A stretch of DNA of 64,000 nucleotides, from IMG/VR virus record IMGVR_UViG_3300043399_000877, positions 310,001 through 374,000 of that record, one strand, 5' to 3'. Position 1 is the stretch's first letter; the number at the start of each line of letters is the position of its first letter. The translations under genes and the position numbers were made by a program. The notes under the pieces are model-generated. The model saw only the letters and a program-made list of their open reading frames with translations, searched no databases and was not told the DNA's origin. Positions 10,446 through 20,104 of the stretch are shown here, in pieces.

Positions 10446-11177
10446 ATGGGTGCTAAGAAAGCCAGACGGCCATTAACCAATAACAACACTAGTAACACTA
10501 ATGTTGTAAAAATCAATAGTTATCTTCCAAAAAAGAGTCGAGATGTTAACATTTTACCTCGTAATAGAAGTCAAGAAACTTATATCCTAAAACTGTTGGA
10601 TCCGGGTAAAGACATTGTCTTTGGGATTGGTCCAGCGGGAACCGGTAAGACTATGCTAGCCTGCCAGGTGGGAGTAAAATTGTTTCTAGAGGGGCAAATT
10701 GACCGCATCGTTGTTACACGTCCAGCAGTAAGTGCTGACGAAGATCTCGGATTTTTACCCGGGACACTGGAACAAAAGATGGCTCCTTGGACAAGACCTA
10801 TTTTCGATGTGTTTAGAGAATACTTTTACGCAAACGAAATTGAGGGAATGATCCAGGAAGGCGTTATTGAAATTTCTCCATTAGCTTACATGCGTGGACG
10901 AACATTTAAGGATGCGTTTATTATCGCAGACGAAATGCAAAACGCGACACCCAACCAGATGAAGATGCTACTTACAAGAATCGGTACCGGTTCAAAAATG
11001 GTTGTAACCGGCGACCTTGCTCAAGCAGACCGTCTTAAAGACAACGGTTTGATTGACTTCGTAAGCCATTTACGTGACTTTGAAGCTAACAGGATTGATG
11101 TTGTAAACTTCAGCCAACGCGATATCGAACGTCACGAAGCTGTAAAAGAAGTCCTCCAAGTATACGGAGACGAATAA
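10446..11177 (+). CDS. phoH: PhoH-family ATPase
   Basis: GPAGTGKT, LGFLPG, YMRGRTF, DEMQN, GDLAQ; SD AGGAGG. Confidence 0.95.
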   Translation: MGAKKARRPLTNNNTSNTNVVKINSYLPKKSRDVNILPRNRSQETYILKLLDPGKDIVFGIGPAGTGKTMLACQVGVKLFLEGQIDRIVVTRPAVSADEDLGFLPGTLEQKMAPWTRPIFDVFREYFYANEIEGMIQEGVIEISPLAYMRGRTFKDAFIIADEMQNATPNQMKMLLTRIGTGSKMVVTGDLAQADRLKDNGLIDFVSHLRDFEANRIDVVNFSQRDIERHEAVKEVLQVYGDE

Positions 11178-11204
11178 TTAAGGGGGCGCAAGCCCCCTTA
11201 ATTA
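11175..11204. terminator. Bidirectional hairpin terminator
   Basis: TAATTAAGGGGGC-GCAA-GCCCCCTTAATTA perfect 13-bp stem between convergent genes. Confidence 0.8.
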
Positions 11205-11438
11205 CATTAACTCCAACATAGTTGAATATTTTTCGTCACTAAACCAAAGCAGAACTTGCAAGTGATTTGTGTGCCAATATACGGTTGAGTCGTTATTGAG
11301 TTTTTTGCACTTTGAAAGAACGTTCTGCATGTAAAGGCTCATTTCCCAACCTTTTTGAAAATCCCGCTTTACCGTAGGCGCCCCCAGCTTCATTTGTTCT
11401 TTAACAGTGAGGTCTGTAATTGATACCAAAAACATCAA
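11202..11438 (-). CDS. Small protein of the F-x-D-E-K...L paralog family
   Basis: C-terminal WFSDEKYSTMLELM. Confidence 0.55.
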   Translation of the reverse strand: MMFLVSITDLTVKEQMKLGAPTVKRDFQKGWEMSLYMQNVLSKCKKLNNDSTVYWHTNHLQVLLWFSDEKYSTMLELM

Positions 11439-11710
11439 AATTTTCCGTAATAATATATCCCTGATTTGGCCACTGGGGGTCTGGGATTTAATTTTGGAGT
11501 CTTCATCATATAAACAACGTATTCTTTTTCATTCATTATTTTATTGTCATACCGGACTATACCAAAAGGTCCAGAATTTCTAATAGATACCCGCCAATAA
11601 TCCCGAAACCATAGCCATTTTCCACTGGTGGTTTTAGTGGGGAACCATGCATATTTTTTACTTTCTGTTGAATGTGGCTGCGGTTGGTACCCGTAATTTG
11701 CTCCCATCAT
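11435..11710 (-). CDS. Hypothetical protein
   Basis: [14 protein letters not shown] motif; coupled to thyA. Confidence 0.65.
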   Translation of the reverse strand: MMGANYGYQPQPHSTESKKYAWFPTKTTSGKWLWFRDYWRVSIRNSGPFGIVRYDNKIMNEKEYVVYMMKTPKLNPRPPVAKSGIYYYGKF

Positions 11711-12573
11711 ACTGCCATATCTGCTTTAATAGTTTCTTGTGGGTTGTAGTTTTCTAAACGATAGTCTTCGGGCTTTGTTTGGGTTAACTCATCTAAAGTT
11801 TTAAATTCCGGCATCACGAGTGTGGGGCCACGGTCCGGAGTTCTAGTTAGTTGCAGTTTTACGGCATCAAAATGATTCTGATAAATGTGGCAATCTCCGC
11901 CAGTCCAAACAAAATCTCCAACTTTTAAGTTTAGCATCTGCGCAAACATATGCGTGAGCAATGAATAAGATGCAATGTTAAATGGCACACCCAAGAACAT
12001 ATCTGCACTTCTCTGATACAATTGGCAACTTAGTTCATCACCTTGTACATGGAATTGGAAAAGAGTGTGACACGGTGGCAATGCCATAACCGGAACTTGA
12101 TCAGCATTCCAGGCACTTACAATGTGGCGTCTGCCATATGGATCATAATGTAGCCCTTCGAGCACCTGGGCTATTTGGTCAACGTAACCAATCTTTGCAT
12201 CCCAGCTTCTCCATTGATGACCATATACCGGTCCGAGGTCTTTAACAGTGTCTGTATTTTTGTAACCAAGATCCCGGCCCTGTCTGTCTGCATTTGCAGT
12301 CCAAATGGTAGTTTTACCCACCAATTCTTCTCTAGGCTTCCCGTAATGTATTTCTGCAAGACGGCGTTCGTCAGTGCTACCTTCTAAAAACCACAGCAAT
12401 TCACTTACAACAGACCGCCAGGCAAGCTTTTTGGTAGTAACAGCCGGAAATGTATCTCGCAAATCAAATCTCATTTGATAACCAAAAACGCCGCGTGTTC
12501 CTACACCGGTTCGGTCGTCACGATCGTTACCATGAGTTAAGATGTGTTCTAGTGCATCCATATATTGTTTCAT
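11707..12573 (-). CDS. thyA: Thymidylate synthase
   Basis: [38 protein letters not shown]. Confidence 0.97.
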   Translation of the reverse strand: MKQYMDALEHILTHGNDRDDRTGVGTRGVFGYQMRFDLRDTFPAVTTKKLAWRSVVSELLWFLEGSTDERRLAEIHYGKPREELVGKTTIWTANADRQGRDLGYKNTDTVKDLGPVYGHQWRSWDAKIGYVDQIAQVLEGLHYDPYGRRHIVSAWNADQVPVMALPPCHTLFQFHVQGDELSCQLYQRSADMFLGVPFNIASYSLLTHMFAQMLNLKVGDFVWTGGDCHIYQNHFDAVKLQLTRTPDRGPTLVMPEFKTLDELTQTKPEDYRLENYNPQETIKADMAV

Positions 12574-13037
12574 TTTTTTCTTTTAGTCCATTTGGTAATT
12601 AGCCCAAAGTCTGTAGACTGAGTGCTTGACGGTTCAAATAATTCGGTTATTTTTTGTTTTGGTAAGAATGTATCGCATTCGTACACACCGCCCACGTTGT
12701 TTAACCATAATTCCCCTATCATGTCTAAACAACTTTCAATCAATCCGGCACCGCCTATAATAAAAATCGGCTGTTCAATTAGAGTATACATCGACCTAAA
12801 CTCGGGGAGAGTATAGCACTCTACTCCGGGAATTGGTCGATTTGTAATTACTATATTACGTCTCTTCGGCAAGGGTTTGGGCATACCGCCGTCCCAAGTA
12901 CCACGGCCCATAACCACTGCGGTTCCTAGAGTGGTCTTTTTAAACCACTCTAGATCTGCGGAATTTTTTGGCCAAGGAAGTTCACCGTTTTTTCCTATGC
13001 CCCAATATGCATCATGTGCGAGTATGGCTCTGATCAT
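12570..13037 (-). CDS. folA: Dihydrofolate reductase
   Basis: [37 protein letters not shown]. Confidence 0.93.
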   Translation of the reverse strand: MIRAILAHDAYWGIGKNGELPWPKNSADLEWFKKTTLGTAVVMGRGTWDGGMPKPLPKRRNIVITNRPIPGVECYTLPEFRSMYTLIEQPIFIIGGAGLIESCLDMIGELWLNNVGGVYECDTFLPKQKITELFEPSSTQSTDFGLITKWTKRKK

Positions 13038-13045
13038 TTGTAACC

Positions 13046-13960
13046 TTACATATTTGCAAGTTTGATAAGAGTGGCTGCCAAATTTATTTCTGGATCAACA
13101 ACCAATGCGTGGTCAACAAGACCTTGTTTTATAATCAAAATTGCGTTATCTTGTTTCTTTTCATCACCGAATATTTCTATATTGTCGTATAACCAACGAT
13201 ATATTTCTTCCATTTCTTCATTTCGAACTCGACCGCACAGCAGCTTTCTTGCTTCGGAAATTTTTCCGGCTTTGAACAGGTCAACCATTGATATTTTCCA
13301 ATCATCCTCACCGCCATCACTTTCGTTTGCAGCTATGAGATTGCCGTCTTGAGTGTTCATTTGAACCATGTTAATGCACTTTCTCAAGTCTGGATAGGTG
13401 GCTTTAACATAGGTATCCAAAACGTCTAAGTCAAAAGTTACATTTTCGCTTATCAATATCTCAGCAACCCGGGCAGTAAATTCAGTTTGATCTACTTTGG
13501 AAATATGAAACCCTTGACAGCGACTATGGATGGCTGGAATTATGCGGTTTGGATAGTTGCAAGTAAGCACAAATCTCGCAGTGCTGTGATATTCCTCCAT
13601 CACACCACGCAGTGCTGCTTGGGCGTTGGGTGACAGATAATCGGCTTCGTCTAATAGTACTACTTTGAATTCACCGAACGGTATCATTCTTACAAAAGTA
13701 ACTATGCGATCCCGGACTTCTTCAACACCGTTTGTACGGCTTGCGTTTATTTCTAGGATATCCAAAGGATTTATGTCAAGTTCGTTAAACAGCAGCTTTG
13801 CAAGTGTGGTTTTTCCGACACCCGCGTTTCCGCTGAATAGTAAATGTGGAATACTTTTTTCTTTAATCCACTGTGCAATCTGATTTCGCTGAACGTCGTC
13901 TCTAAAGACGTACCCGTCAACAGTTTTTGGCCTATATTTTTCTGTCCAAAGTTCACGCAT
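13046..13960 (-). CDS. Sliding clamp loader AAA+ subunit (RFC/gp44-like)
   Basis: WTEKYRP, GNAGVGKT, EINAS, DEADYL, SRC motif. Confidence 0.93.
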   Translation of the reverse strand: MRELWTEKYRPKTVDGYVFRDDVQRNQIAQWIKEKSIPHLLFSGNAGVGKTTLAKLLFNELDINPLDILEINASRTNGVEEVRDRIVTFVRMIPFGEFKVVLLDEADYLSPNAQAALRGVMEEYHSTARFVLTCNYPNRIIPAIHSRCQGFHISKVDQTEFTARVAEILISENVTFDLDVLDTYVKATYPDLRKCINMVQMNTQDGNLIAANESDGGEDDWKISMVDLFKAGKISEARKLLCGRVRNEEMEEIYRWLYDNIEIFGDEKKQDNAILIIKQGLVDHALVVDPEINLAATLIKLANM

Positions 13961-13962
13961 TA

Positions 13963-14394
13963 TTAATCCTTTGTCTGTGTTTTTTTCATATTTTCAAGTA
14001 ATTCATACTGTTCCACAAGCTTGTCGTAACGTTCGTATGAGTGCTCTTTTAATTCAGGATACTTATGATTTAGGTAACCGTTTGATTTATCCAAACGAAC
14101 TCTTACCGACTTGTAATACGAGTCATGTGGATTTTCTGTAAAATCCACAAATGGTACAGTTTTAGAATCTTCCCGTAACCGTACGTCGATGTATCGTTTG
14201 ATTGATACCATCCTACCATCACCCTTGCAGTGCTCACACGAGTGCCTAGTGGTCTCGTAGTCACCTCGGTGATAATCTACGAGCTCTTCAGTTGTGTAAA
14301 AACCAGTCCCCCCACACCTACTACAAAGAGTGATGGTTCTGTCTTCTTTAAAAGTAAAATAGCTGCTGGATAACAGGTCTTCAAAGTCTCTCAA
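13963..14394 (-). CDS. Protein with DnaJ-type CxxCxGxG zinc finger
   Basis: CSRCGGTG and CEHCKGDG. Confidence 0.6.
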   Translation of the reverse strand: MRDFEDLLSSSYFTFKEDRTITLCSRCGGTGFYTTEELVDYHRGDYETTRHSCEHCKGDGRMVSIKRYIDVRLREDSKTVPFVDFTENPHDSYYKSVRVRLDKSNGYLNHKYPELKEHSYERYDKLVEQYELLENMKKTQTKD

Positions 14395-14399
14395 ACAAG

Positions 14400-14879
14400 T
14401 TAGCCCTTATCTTCGATGTATTCTGGCTCATCTGGCATAGTCCACGGAAAACTTTCTATAGGTACTCGACTGTTTTTTGATGTATAGTAAGATTTAAACG
14501 GTTTCCCGTCGTCTATATCATCGCTTGAATACCATTCCCAGAATACCCGCCCACTGCCCCAATATGCTCCGTTGCGATCTTTAAACACATCGCTAGCTCG
14601 TCGATTTTGGTATACCGGGAACCCTTCGTCGTCGTCATAAACATGGTTCCATTCTGAATCGTCGCCTGTTAATGGCGTTAACGGCTTAAAGGATAGCACT
14701 CGTTTTAAGATGTTCAACGCATAGTTTGCACTAAACCCACTGTGACCCTCGTCGCTAAAAGCACGAACCATTTGCATAATATGCTCTCGCATGTGATAGT
14801 CCATGCTTTCACCGGTGGGGTCATTTTTTCCAAGACCAATAATATCCAGCTCTTGTTCTGCGTATTTTATCAAACTCAT
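14400..14879 (-). CDS. Conserved hypothetical phage protein
   Basis: EGHSGFSA...PLTPLTGDDSEW...QNRR motif. Confidence 0.7.
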   Translation of the reverse strand: MSLIKYAEQELDIIGLGKNDPTGESMDYHMREHIMQMVRAFSDEGHSGFSANYALNILKRVLSFKPLTPLTGDDSEWNHVYDDDEGFPVYQNRRASDVFKDRNGAYWGSGRVFWEWYSSDDIDDGKPFKSYYTSKNSRVPIESFPWTMPDEPEYIEDKG

Positions 14880-15121
14880 TCTTTTTGGTCTCCCTTCTCG
14901 AATTTTTTAGCGTATTCTGCTGCGCCCAAGTTAATAAGCATTTCGATGTGCTTTGGGTCAAAGTTCCATGCCGGTTCAACCATATTGGCTAAATTATATC
15001 CGTGCCGGTGACCGCATCGGCCATGATACAGCGCATATCCAGCACCATGACGTTCAATGGTATATTTTGCTTCGCACTTGCAGGATTCAAAAAGTGCAAA
15101 AATACTATCAACTTCACTCAT
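14876..15121 (-). CDS. Hypothetical protein
   Basis: ORF coupled by ATGA overlap. Confidence 0.6.
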   Translation of the reverse strand: MSEVDSIFALFESCKCEAKYTIERHGAGYALYHGRCGHRHGYNLANMVEPAWNFDPKHIEMLINLGAAEYAKKFEKGDQKE

Positions 15122-15390
15122 TTTATGTCCAAACTACTCCACTTTTTAAGTTTTTCCCTTTTTAAAGCTATTCTTTGGTGGATCTCATCTTCAGTAAACA
15201 AGCCCCATTCGACCATGAGCTCTATCATACATGCAACGTCTCCGGCTTCTTCAATAAGTTTTTCACGACGCTCACCAGTCACGTCTTCGACTTTATCAAA
15301 TTTTCTAGAAACTTTTATACAGGCTTGAGTGAGTTCACCACATTCTTCTGCACTGATAGCCATTAGTTCGTGTAGTTTATTCGTAATCAT
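15118..15390 (-). CDS. MazG-like NTP pyrophosphohydrolase
   Basis: EECGELTQA...EEAGDV. Confidence 0.75.
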   Translation of the reverse strand: MITNKLHELMAISAEECGELTQACIKVSRKFDKVEDVTGERREKLIEEAGDVACMIELMVEWGLFTEDEIHQRIALKREKLKKWSSLDIK

Positions 15391-15619
15391 ATTCGTTCAC
15401 CTGTTCAAAATTTAGTTTGTATAATTTTCCTTCCTTATCACGGTAAAACAGTTTTTGAGAGGGTTCGTCCCAGGCCATGTGCCCATTTTGCACAGATTTG
15501 AGGAATCTACGAATAGTGTTCTTTTCTCTTCCCTGCTCGATGACTCCCATAATTGTACGCCGATAAAACTTTACCGACTGCTGTGAGTTGCCTACAAATA
15601 TTTGACCATCAAACTTCAC
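15377..15619 (-). CDS. Hypothetical protein
   Basis: ORF in operon. Confidence 0.55.
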   Translation of the reverse strand: MKFDGQIFVGNSQQSVKFYRRTIMGVIEQGREKNTIRRFLKSVQNGHMAWDEPSQKLFYRDKEGKLYKLNFEQVNEYDYE

Positions 15620-16152
15620 TTCTTAATACCCAGCTGGTTATAAGCTATTTGTACAGCTTTTGCTTGATAATATGCGTCAGCAAGTGCATTGTGTAAATCG
15701 GACTGCATGCTTTTGCGTGGGTCTTCAGGAAGAAGTGAAATCAGTGTGCGGCTATCGCGTATTCTCCAAAAGTCCCAGGGAAATGGCGTTTTAGTTTGGC
15801 GGTAAATGTCTTCTAATATGGTTATATCGAATCCATAACCTTGCGCCCAGATAACATCCGCGCCGACCACATAACGGTTTATTTGTGCGAGAGTTGAAGT
15901 TATTGATTCCCTTCCGTCTTCGCTAAAAGCGTCTTCTTGTATTTTGGGATCTTGCTGACCCCACCATTCAATAGTGCTGTCGCTAACTGAACGCCCTAAC
16001 CGATCTTGTTCGTCAAGATCTAATTTTATGTATAATTCGCTGTGCGGATCGTTAAATGTAAACGGATCAAATTTTACTGCACCCAATGTGAGTACCGATG
16101 CGCTTGGCTTGGTATCCAGTGTTTCCAAGTCGATCATTACGTGTGTTGCCAA
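15616..16152 (-). CDS. DEDDh 3'-5' exonuclease
   Basis: MIDLETL, GFDITIL, RDSRT, HNALADA. Confidence 0.88.
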   Translation of the reverse strand: MATHVMIDLETLDTKPSASVLTLGAVKFDPFTFNDPHSELYIKLDLDEQDRLGRSVSDSTIEWWGQQDPKIQEDAFSEDGRESITSTLAQINRYVVGADVIWAQGYGFDITILEDIYRQTKTPFPWDFWRIRDSRTLISLLPEDPRKSMQSDLHNALADAYYQAKAVQIAYNQLGIKK

Positions 16153-16213
16153 AAGAAAACTCCTTGCTAATTTGTTTTATAATAACACAAATCAACAAGG
16201 AGTCAAAGTTTTT

Positions 16214-16480
16214 TTAAGGACGCATCGGGTACATTCCAACAAGCGCAATCTGTTTTACTGGCTTGTTAGGATCCCAGGGAAGTGGGTGCCCGTTTTCGTC
16301 ACGTGGGCGGAAATCTGGGATAGCAAAGTTTGATCTCGGATCTCCACCGTACCGGTTCCCCAGTAACGAATAAAGTGCAGCAAATTGATTAATTGGCAGC
16401 AAGCGCCCGTCGCAAATTGCCCAACCTTGCATTTCCCAGTTAAACGCTGTTTCTATAAGTTGTCCTATAATTGGATCCAT
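16214..16480 (-). CDS. Stand-alone phage tail-collar domain protein
   Basis: GWAICDGRLLPINQFAALYSLLGNRYGGD...FAIPDFR. Confidence 0.8.
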   Translation of the reverse strand: MDPIIGQLIETAFNWEMQGWAICDGRLLPINQFAALYSLLGNRYGGDPRSNFAIPDFRPRDENGHPLPWDPNKPVKQIALVGMYPMRP

Positions 16481-16488
16481 AATTTTCC

Positions 16489-17172
16489 TTATTCTCTGTT
16501 CCCTAGAAGGCTTAACAACATTTGGAACAGATTAATGAAGTTAAGATACAGGTTAAGAGCCATTTCGATTGCAAACTTGGCAGTTTGTTCAGAATCCAAT
16601 TGGCCGCTGACAAACACACTCTTTGCATGTTGTGTGTCATAGGCTGTTAGCCCTGTAAAGATCAAGACACCAACAACACTAACTGCAAATTGCAGTGCCG
16701 TAGAAGCCAAGAATATGTTCACAATACTGGCAATCACTATGCCTATCAAACCAATCAGCAAGAAACTACCCCATCCACTGAGGTCCTTTTTGGTAGTGTA
16801 TCCGTATAGGCTAGCACTAGCGAAGGTTGCAGCCGTGATGAAAAACACCTGTGCAATACTAGTGGCTGTGTATATGGCGAAGATAGTACTTAAACTGACT
16901 CCCATTAGTGCCGTAAACGCAAAGTAAAATAACCTTGTGGTTTCAAAACTCCAGTTTCGACCAGCAAAGCTGTATAGTAATATTAGACCCAACGGTGCAA
17001 ACACAAATAACCACATAAGTGGCCCCATACTTGCCATCAATCCGCTGGCATAAGTAAAGTATGCGATTGCCCCACTGACTGCCAGACCGACAGCAGTATA
17101 GTTGTATAGGGCAAGCATAAAGGTTCGGAGCGCATCGTCATAGATTGCTCCGGTTAGTACACGAGTATTCAT
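16489..17172 (-). CDS. Bax inhibitor-1/YccA family membrane protein
   Basis: About 7 TM helices, YGYTTKKDLS, LTAYDTQ, ALNLYLNFINLF. Confidence 0.92.
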   Translation of the reverse strand: MNTRVLTGAIYDDALRTFMLALYNYTAVGLAVSGAIAYFTYASGLMASMGPLMWLFVFAPLGLILLYSFAGRNWSFETTRLFYFAFTALMGVSLSTIFAIYTATSIAQVFFITAATFASASLYGYTTKKDLSGWGSFLLIGLIGIVIASIVNIFLASTALQFAVSVVGVLIFTGLTAYDTQHAKSVFVSGQLDSEQTAKFAIEMALNLYLNFINLFQMLLSLLGNRE

Positions 17173-17573
17173 AAGTCACCCTCCTTGCGATTTTCACTGT
17201 AATAAACGTCAAACTGTCCGCCCGGATAACGGGCCTCGAGCTTGCGAACATTTTCGGCAATCACTTCATTCGGATCAACGCCGATTGCGCGACAAGCGTT
17301 AACCCAATACCAAGCAATGTCACCAAGTTCACGTTTCATATGGAAGATGGTTTCTTCATTAAGCGGTTTTCCTTGGAATACACACTTCTTGATAATCTCG
17401 TCAAATTCACCGCCTTCACTGGCTAAGCCGATGCCGCCGGTCATCAGCAGTGAAATATTTACTGTTTGGTTTAGTTCACGAAGTCTGTTTATTAGAACTT
17501 CTAGGTCATTTGATGAATCGCTAGTGACTTCTTTCACAAAATCGCGATATCTGTTTAAGTCTATTTGTGTCAA
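17169..17573 (-). CDS. MazG-like nucleotide pyrophosphohydrolase
   Basis: EGGEFDEIIKK, RELGDIAWY, NVRKLEARYP. Confidence 0.88.
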   Translation of the reverse strand: MTQIDLNRYRDFVKEVTSDSSNDLEVLINRLRELNQTVNISLLMTGGIGLASEGGEFDEIIKKCVFQGKPLNEETIFHMKRELGDIAWYWVNACRAIGVDPNEVIAENVRKLEARYPGGQFDVYYSENRKEGDL

Positions 17574-17576
17574 GTT

Positions 17577-17975
17577 TTACCCTCTTGCAAAAGATTCTGG
17601 AGTTACAGTGTCTGCCTGGAAGTCAGCAACACTGCTGCGTCCGATAAGCACACCTTCTGGTTTCGTGTCGCTATACATTAGTATGCTGGAATTTTCAACC
17701 ATTCTAACTTCTACGGTTTCAGTATCGGTTTTCATTTTAAAAGCACGGGTCCATCTTCCGTGTTCGATAAGAATCCAGTCACCTACCTGATATGGGTCTG
17801 TGTTTTCCGGACCTTTTGCATACACACGACCCCAACGTGGATATATCCCACGGACGTTTCCATCGTCGTTGGTTATAATTAATCCAGCAGCAGTCTTTTG
17901 TTCTCCAAAATACATGTCACTTACTATAACACGGTCGCGTATTGGTGTCAAATTGCCTTCAATATAACTTGTCAT
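17577..17975 (-). CDS. GroES/Cpn10-like co-chaperonin
   Basis: LTPIRDRVIV, EQKTAAGLII mobile loop, VGDWIL. Confidence 0.8.
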   Translation of the reverse strand: MTSYIEGNLTPIRDRVIVSDMYFGEQKTAAGLIITNDDGNVRGIYPRWGRVYAKGPENTDPYQVGDWILIEHGRWTRAFKMKTDTETVEVRMVENSSILMYSDTKPEGVLIGRSSVADFQADTVTPESFARG

Positions 17976-18409
17976 ATTTTAACTTTACCCTCGTTTATTA
18001 ACCTAGTTCTATTCTTTTCGTGTAGTTGCCTTAGATCTTCTTTGCTTTCGCCATTGTACTTGACTGCAAAGCCTTCTGATATTAAAATTTCAGAAAGTGT
18101 TTTTTGGTTTTCTGGTAACTTGAAATCTGCAAGTATCCTACCAAATTTTTCTTTTAAATCTGTTTTAGTACCTGATATATGTGTTGTGATAATATATTGC
18201 TCGCCGATCAGTAGTAAACTCTCGACTCTTGATTTTGCTGCTAGACCAAAAATTTTTTCTACGGGATCTGAAGTACGAGATTCCGGAGTATCTATATTAT
18301 AAATTCTAAGTCGCTGGTTTCTTAACCAGACGTCAAAGCCCAAATCGATGTCCACATCCACAGTGTCGCCGTCAATTATTTTTTTGATAACACACTTATA
18401 CGTATACAT
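17972..18409 (-). CDS. Staphylococcal nuclease-like (thermonuclease)
   Basis: IDGDTVD, RIYNIDTPE, KFGRILA. Confidence 0.88.
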   Translation of the reverse strand: MYTYKCVIKKIIDGDTVDVDIDLGFDVWLRNQRLRIYNIDTPESRTSDPVEKIFGLAAKSRVESLLLIGEQYIITTHISGTKTDLKEKFGRILADFKLPENQKTLSEILISEGFAVKYNGESKEDLRQLHEKNRTRLINEGKVKI

Positions 18410-18741
18410 TATTTTTTAACAAAATCTCCGTTTTCATCTTCGGTCCAATCATCCTCATCTAAACCAGAATTTGCATCGGGCTCTAGTTGAGAGGCTGGGC
18501 GATCTTTTGGAGCAGGTATGGGCTCGTTAACAAGTATGTTGTTTTGATTATAGTAATCTTTTAAAATATCTTCTTTTTTTCTAATGATTTTTCCGCCCGG
18601 GCCGAGCTCGTCACCACGTGCGTTTACACGGGCATTGCCCACTGCTGGAACCAGTTCATTTCTGGTAATCAAAAGATCTAAGTCTACAACTTTTCCGTTT
18701 GCAGATTTATATATCTTTTTTTGAGGTTGCTTTGTTGGCAT
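18409..18741 (-). CDS. Conserved hypothetical phage protein
   Basis: AVGNARVNARGDELGPGG motif; TAAATA and SD upstream. Confidence 0.7.
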   Translation of the reverse strand: MPTKQPQKKIYKSANGKVVDLDLLITRNELVPAVGNARVNARGDELGPGGKIIRKKEDILKDYYNQNNILVNEPIPAPKDRPASQLEPDANSGLDEDDWTEDENGDFVKK

Positions 18742-18766
18742 GTTAATCTCCTTTGCGTTATATTTA

Positions 18767-19291
18767 TTATCGCATAAATTCTTTAAAGTCTAAATTGTAT
18801 TTAATGCTATCAACTCTGTGAATACCGATCAAATATAGCACATAGCTTGCAACACTTGATCCTCGACCTACTCCCCACACTATATTGTTTTCTTTCATAA
18901 AGTCGACAAGATAGATCATAAATCGTAAAAGCATTAGCATATCACGACGAGTGAACTCTGCTAGTTCGTCTATTACTCTTGCTTTTTCCTCTTCAGTGTT
19001 GCATTGTTCGAGAAGACGGTCACTGAGATTTATATTTTTATACTCTTCAGGAATAAACCATTCTTGCTGTAACTGTTTGTGTATGTATTGAATTTCAGAA
19101 TCAGAAAGATCTGACTCAGTGTACAAATTTAGATTATCAGATTCTCTTTCAAAAAGAATCTGATTGAACTTTTCAGTTTCAGAACTTTTCAATATTAATA
19201 GTTCTGTTATCTTGTCAAAGTGTCCCTGATACATTAATTGCATCAGGTCACTGCTGTCAAAAACTGAAAATCCGCACTTGTCTATATCCAT
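18767..19291 (-). CDS. DNA polymerase III alpha (DnaE)-like fragment
   Basis: VWGVGRGSSVASYVLYLIGIHRVDSIKYNLDF matches the DnaE GxGRGS..SLV.Y.LGIT.VDP motif; only 174 aa. Confidence 0.8.
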   Translation of the reverse strand: MDIDKCGFSVFDSSDLMQLMYQGHFDKITELLILKSSETEKFNQILFERESDNLNLYTESDLSDSEIQYIHKQLQQEWFIPEEYKNINLSDRLLEQCNTEEEKARVIDELAEFTRRDMLMLLRFMIYLVDFMKENNIVWGVGRGSSVASYVLYLIGIHRVDSIKYNLDFKEFMR

Positions 19292-19300
19292 ACAAGTATT

Positions 19301-19528
19301 TTAGCTTACTTTTATAAGATTGTCAAATTGACCGTTATCGTCTGAGTTATTTTTACGAGCTTCAATTCTTCTTTCTTGAAGTTCATCTCTGTATGAATCC
19401 ATCATCATAACTATCTGTTCACGCAATTCTGGATTAGCAGTCATCCAGTAATTGCGTGTTAATTGATTTAATTTGTCTTCTATCTGAGAGTCTGTTAAAT
19501 TTTTTAAACTGCCGAGCAATGGATGCAT
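19301..19528 (-). CDS. Hypothetical protein
   Basis: ORF in operon. Confidence 0.65.
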   Translation of the reverse strand: MHPLLGSLKNLTDSQIEDKLNQLTRNYWMTANPELREQIVMMMDSYRDELQERRIEARKNNSDDNGQFDNLIKVS

Positions 19529-20088
19529 TATTGATAAGTTCCTACCAGTCTTCCAAGAACCGTCGCGCCGCCGTCGATACTCACGAACTCAAATATACTA
19601 ATAGAGCCATCATTATTGATAGTTACTGGGTTAGTAAATCCAGATCGCTTTATAACACCAACACCGGGAACGGCAAACGTAAGTGTACGGTTTGCACCTT
19701 GCGCACTCACTTGTACGTACATTTTTGCAGCAATGCCCTTGCTGGTTACTGGCCAATCACTTAATGTAAGCGTTAGGTTGCCGTTAAGCACTGCTGCAAA
19801 ATATCCACCCTGGCTCCATGGAAGTTCAGTATTACCTGAAAGGATATTTTTATTGTTTACAGTGTCACCAGATGCAATAAATCTTGCCTCATTTATAGCA
19901 TTACCGTTAAAGTTGTTGCTGGCATTTAGTTTAGCAGTGTTTGATTGCAAACTGGTTATTTCGGTATTCGCTGTTTCAAGACCGGTCTTGATTATTCTAA
20001 AGTTGTCTCTAAATCCTTGGGTATCGTTATCGACCCCGGCAACTGGGTAGTTTGCGTCTATACTATTAAAAACGATATTACTGCTCAT
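19528..20088 (-). CDS. Virion structural protein
   Basis: YPVAGVDNDTQGFRDNF motif; beta-rich C-terminus. Confidence 0.65.
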   Translation of the reverse strand: MSSNIVFNSIDANYPVAGVDNDTQGFRDNFRIIKTGLETANTEITSLQSNTAKLNASNNFNGNAINEARFIASGDTVNNKNILSGNTELPWSQGGYFAAVLNGNLTLTLSDWPVTSKGIAAKMYVQVSAQGANRTLTFAVPGVGVIKRSGFTNPVTINNDGSISIFEFVSIDGGATVLGRLVGTYQ

Positions 20089-20104
20089 ACTATTTTTCCT
20101 TTAA

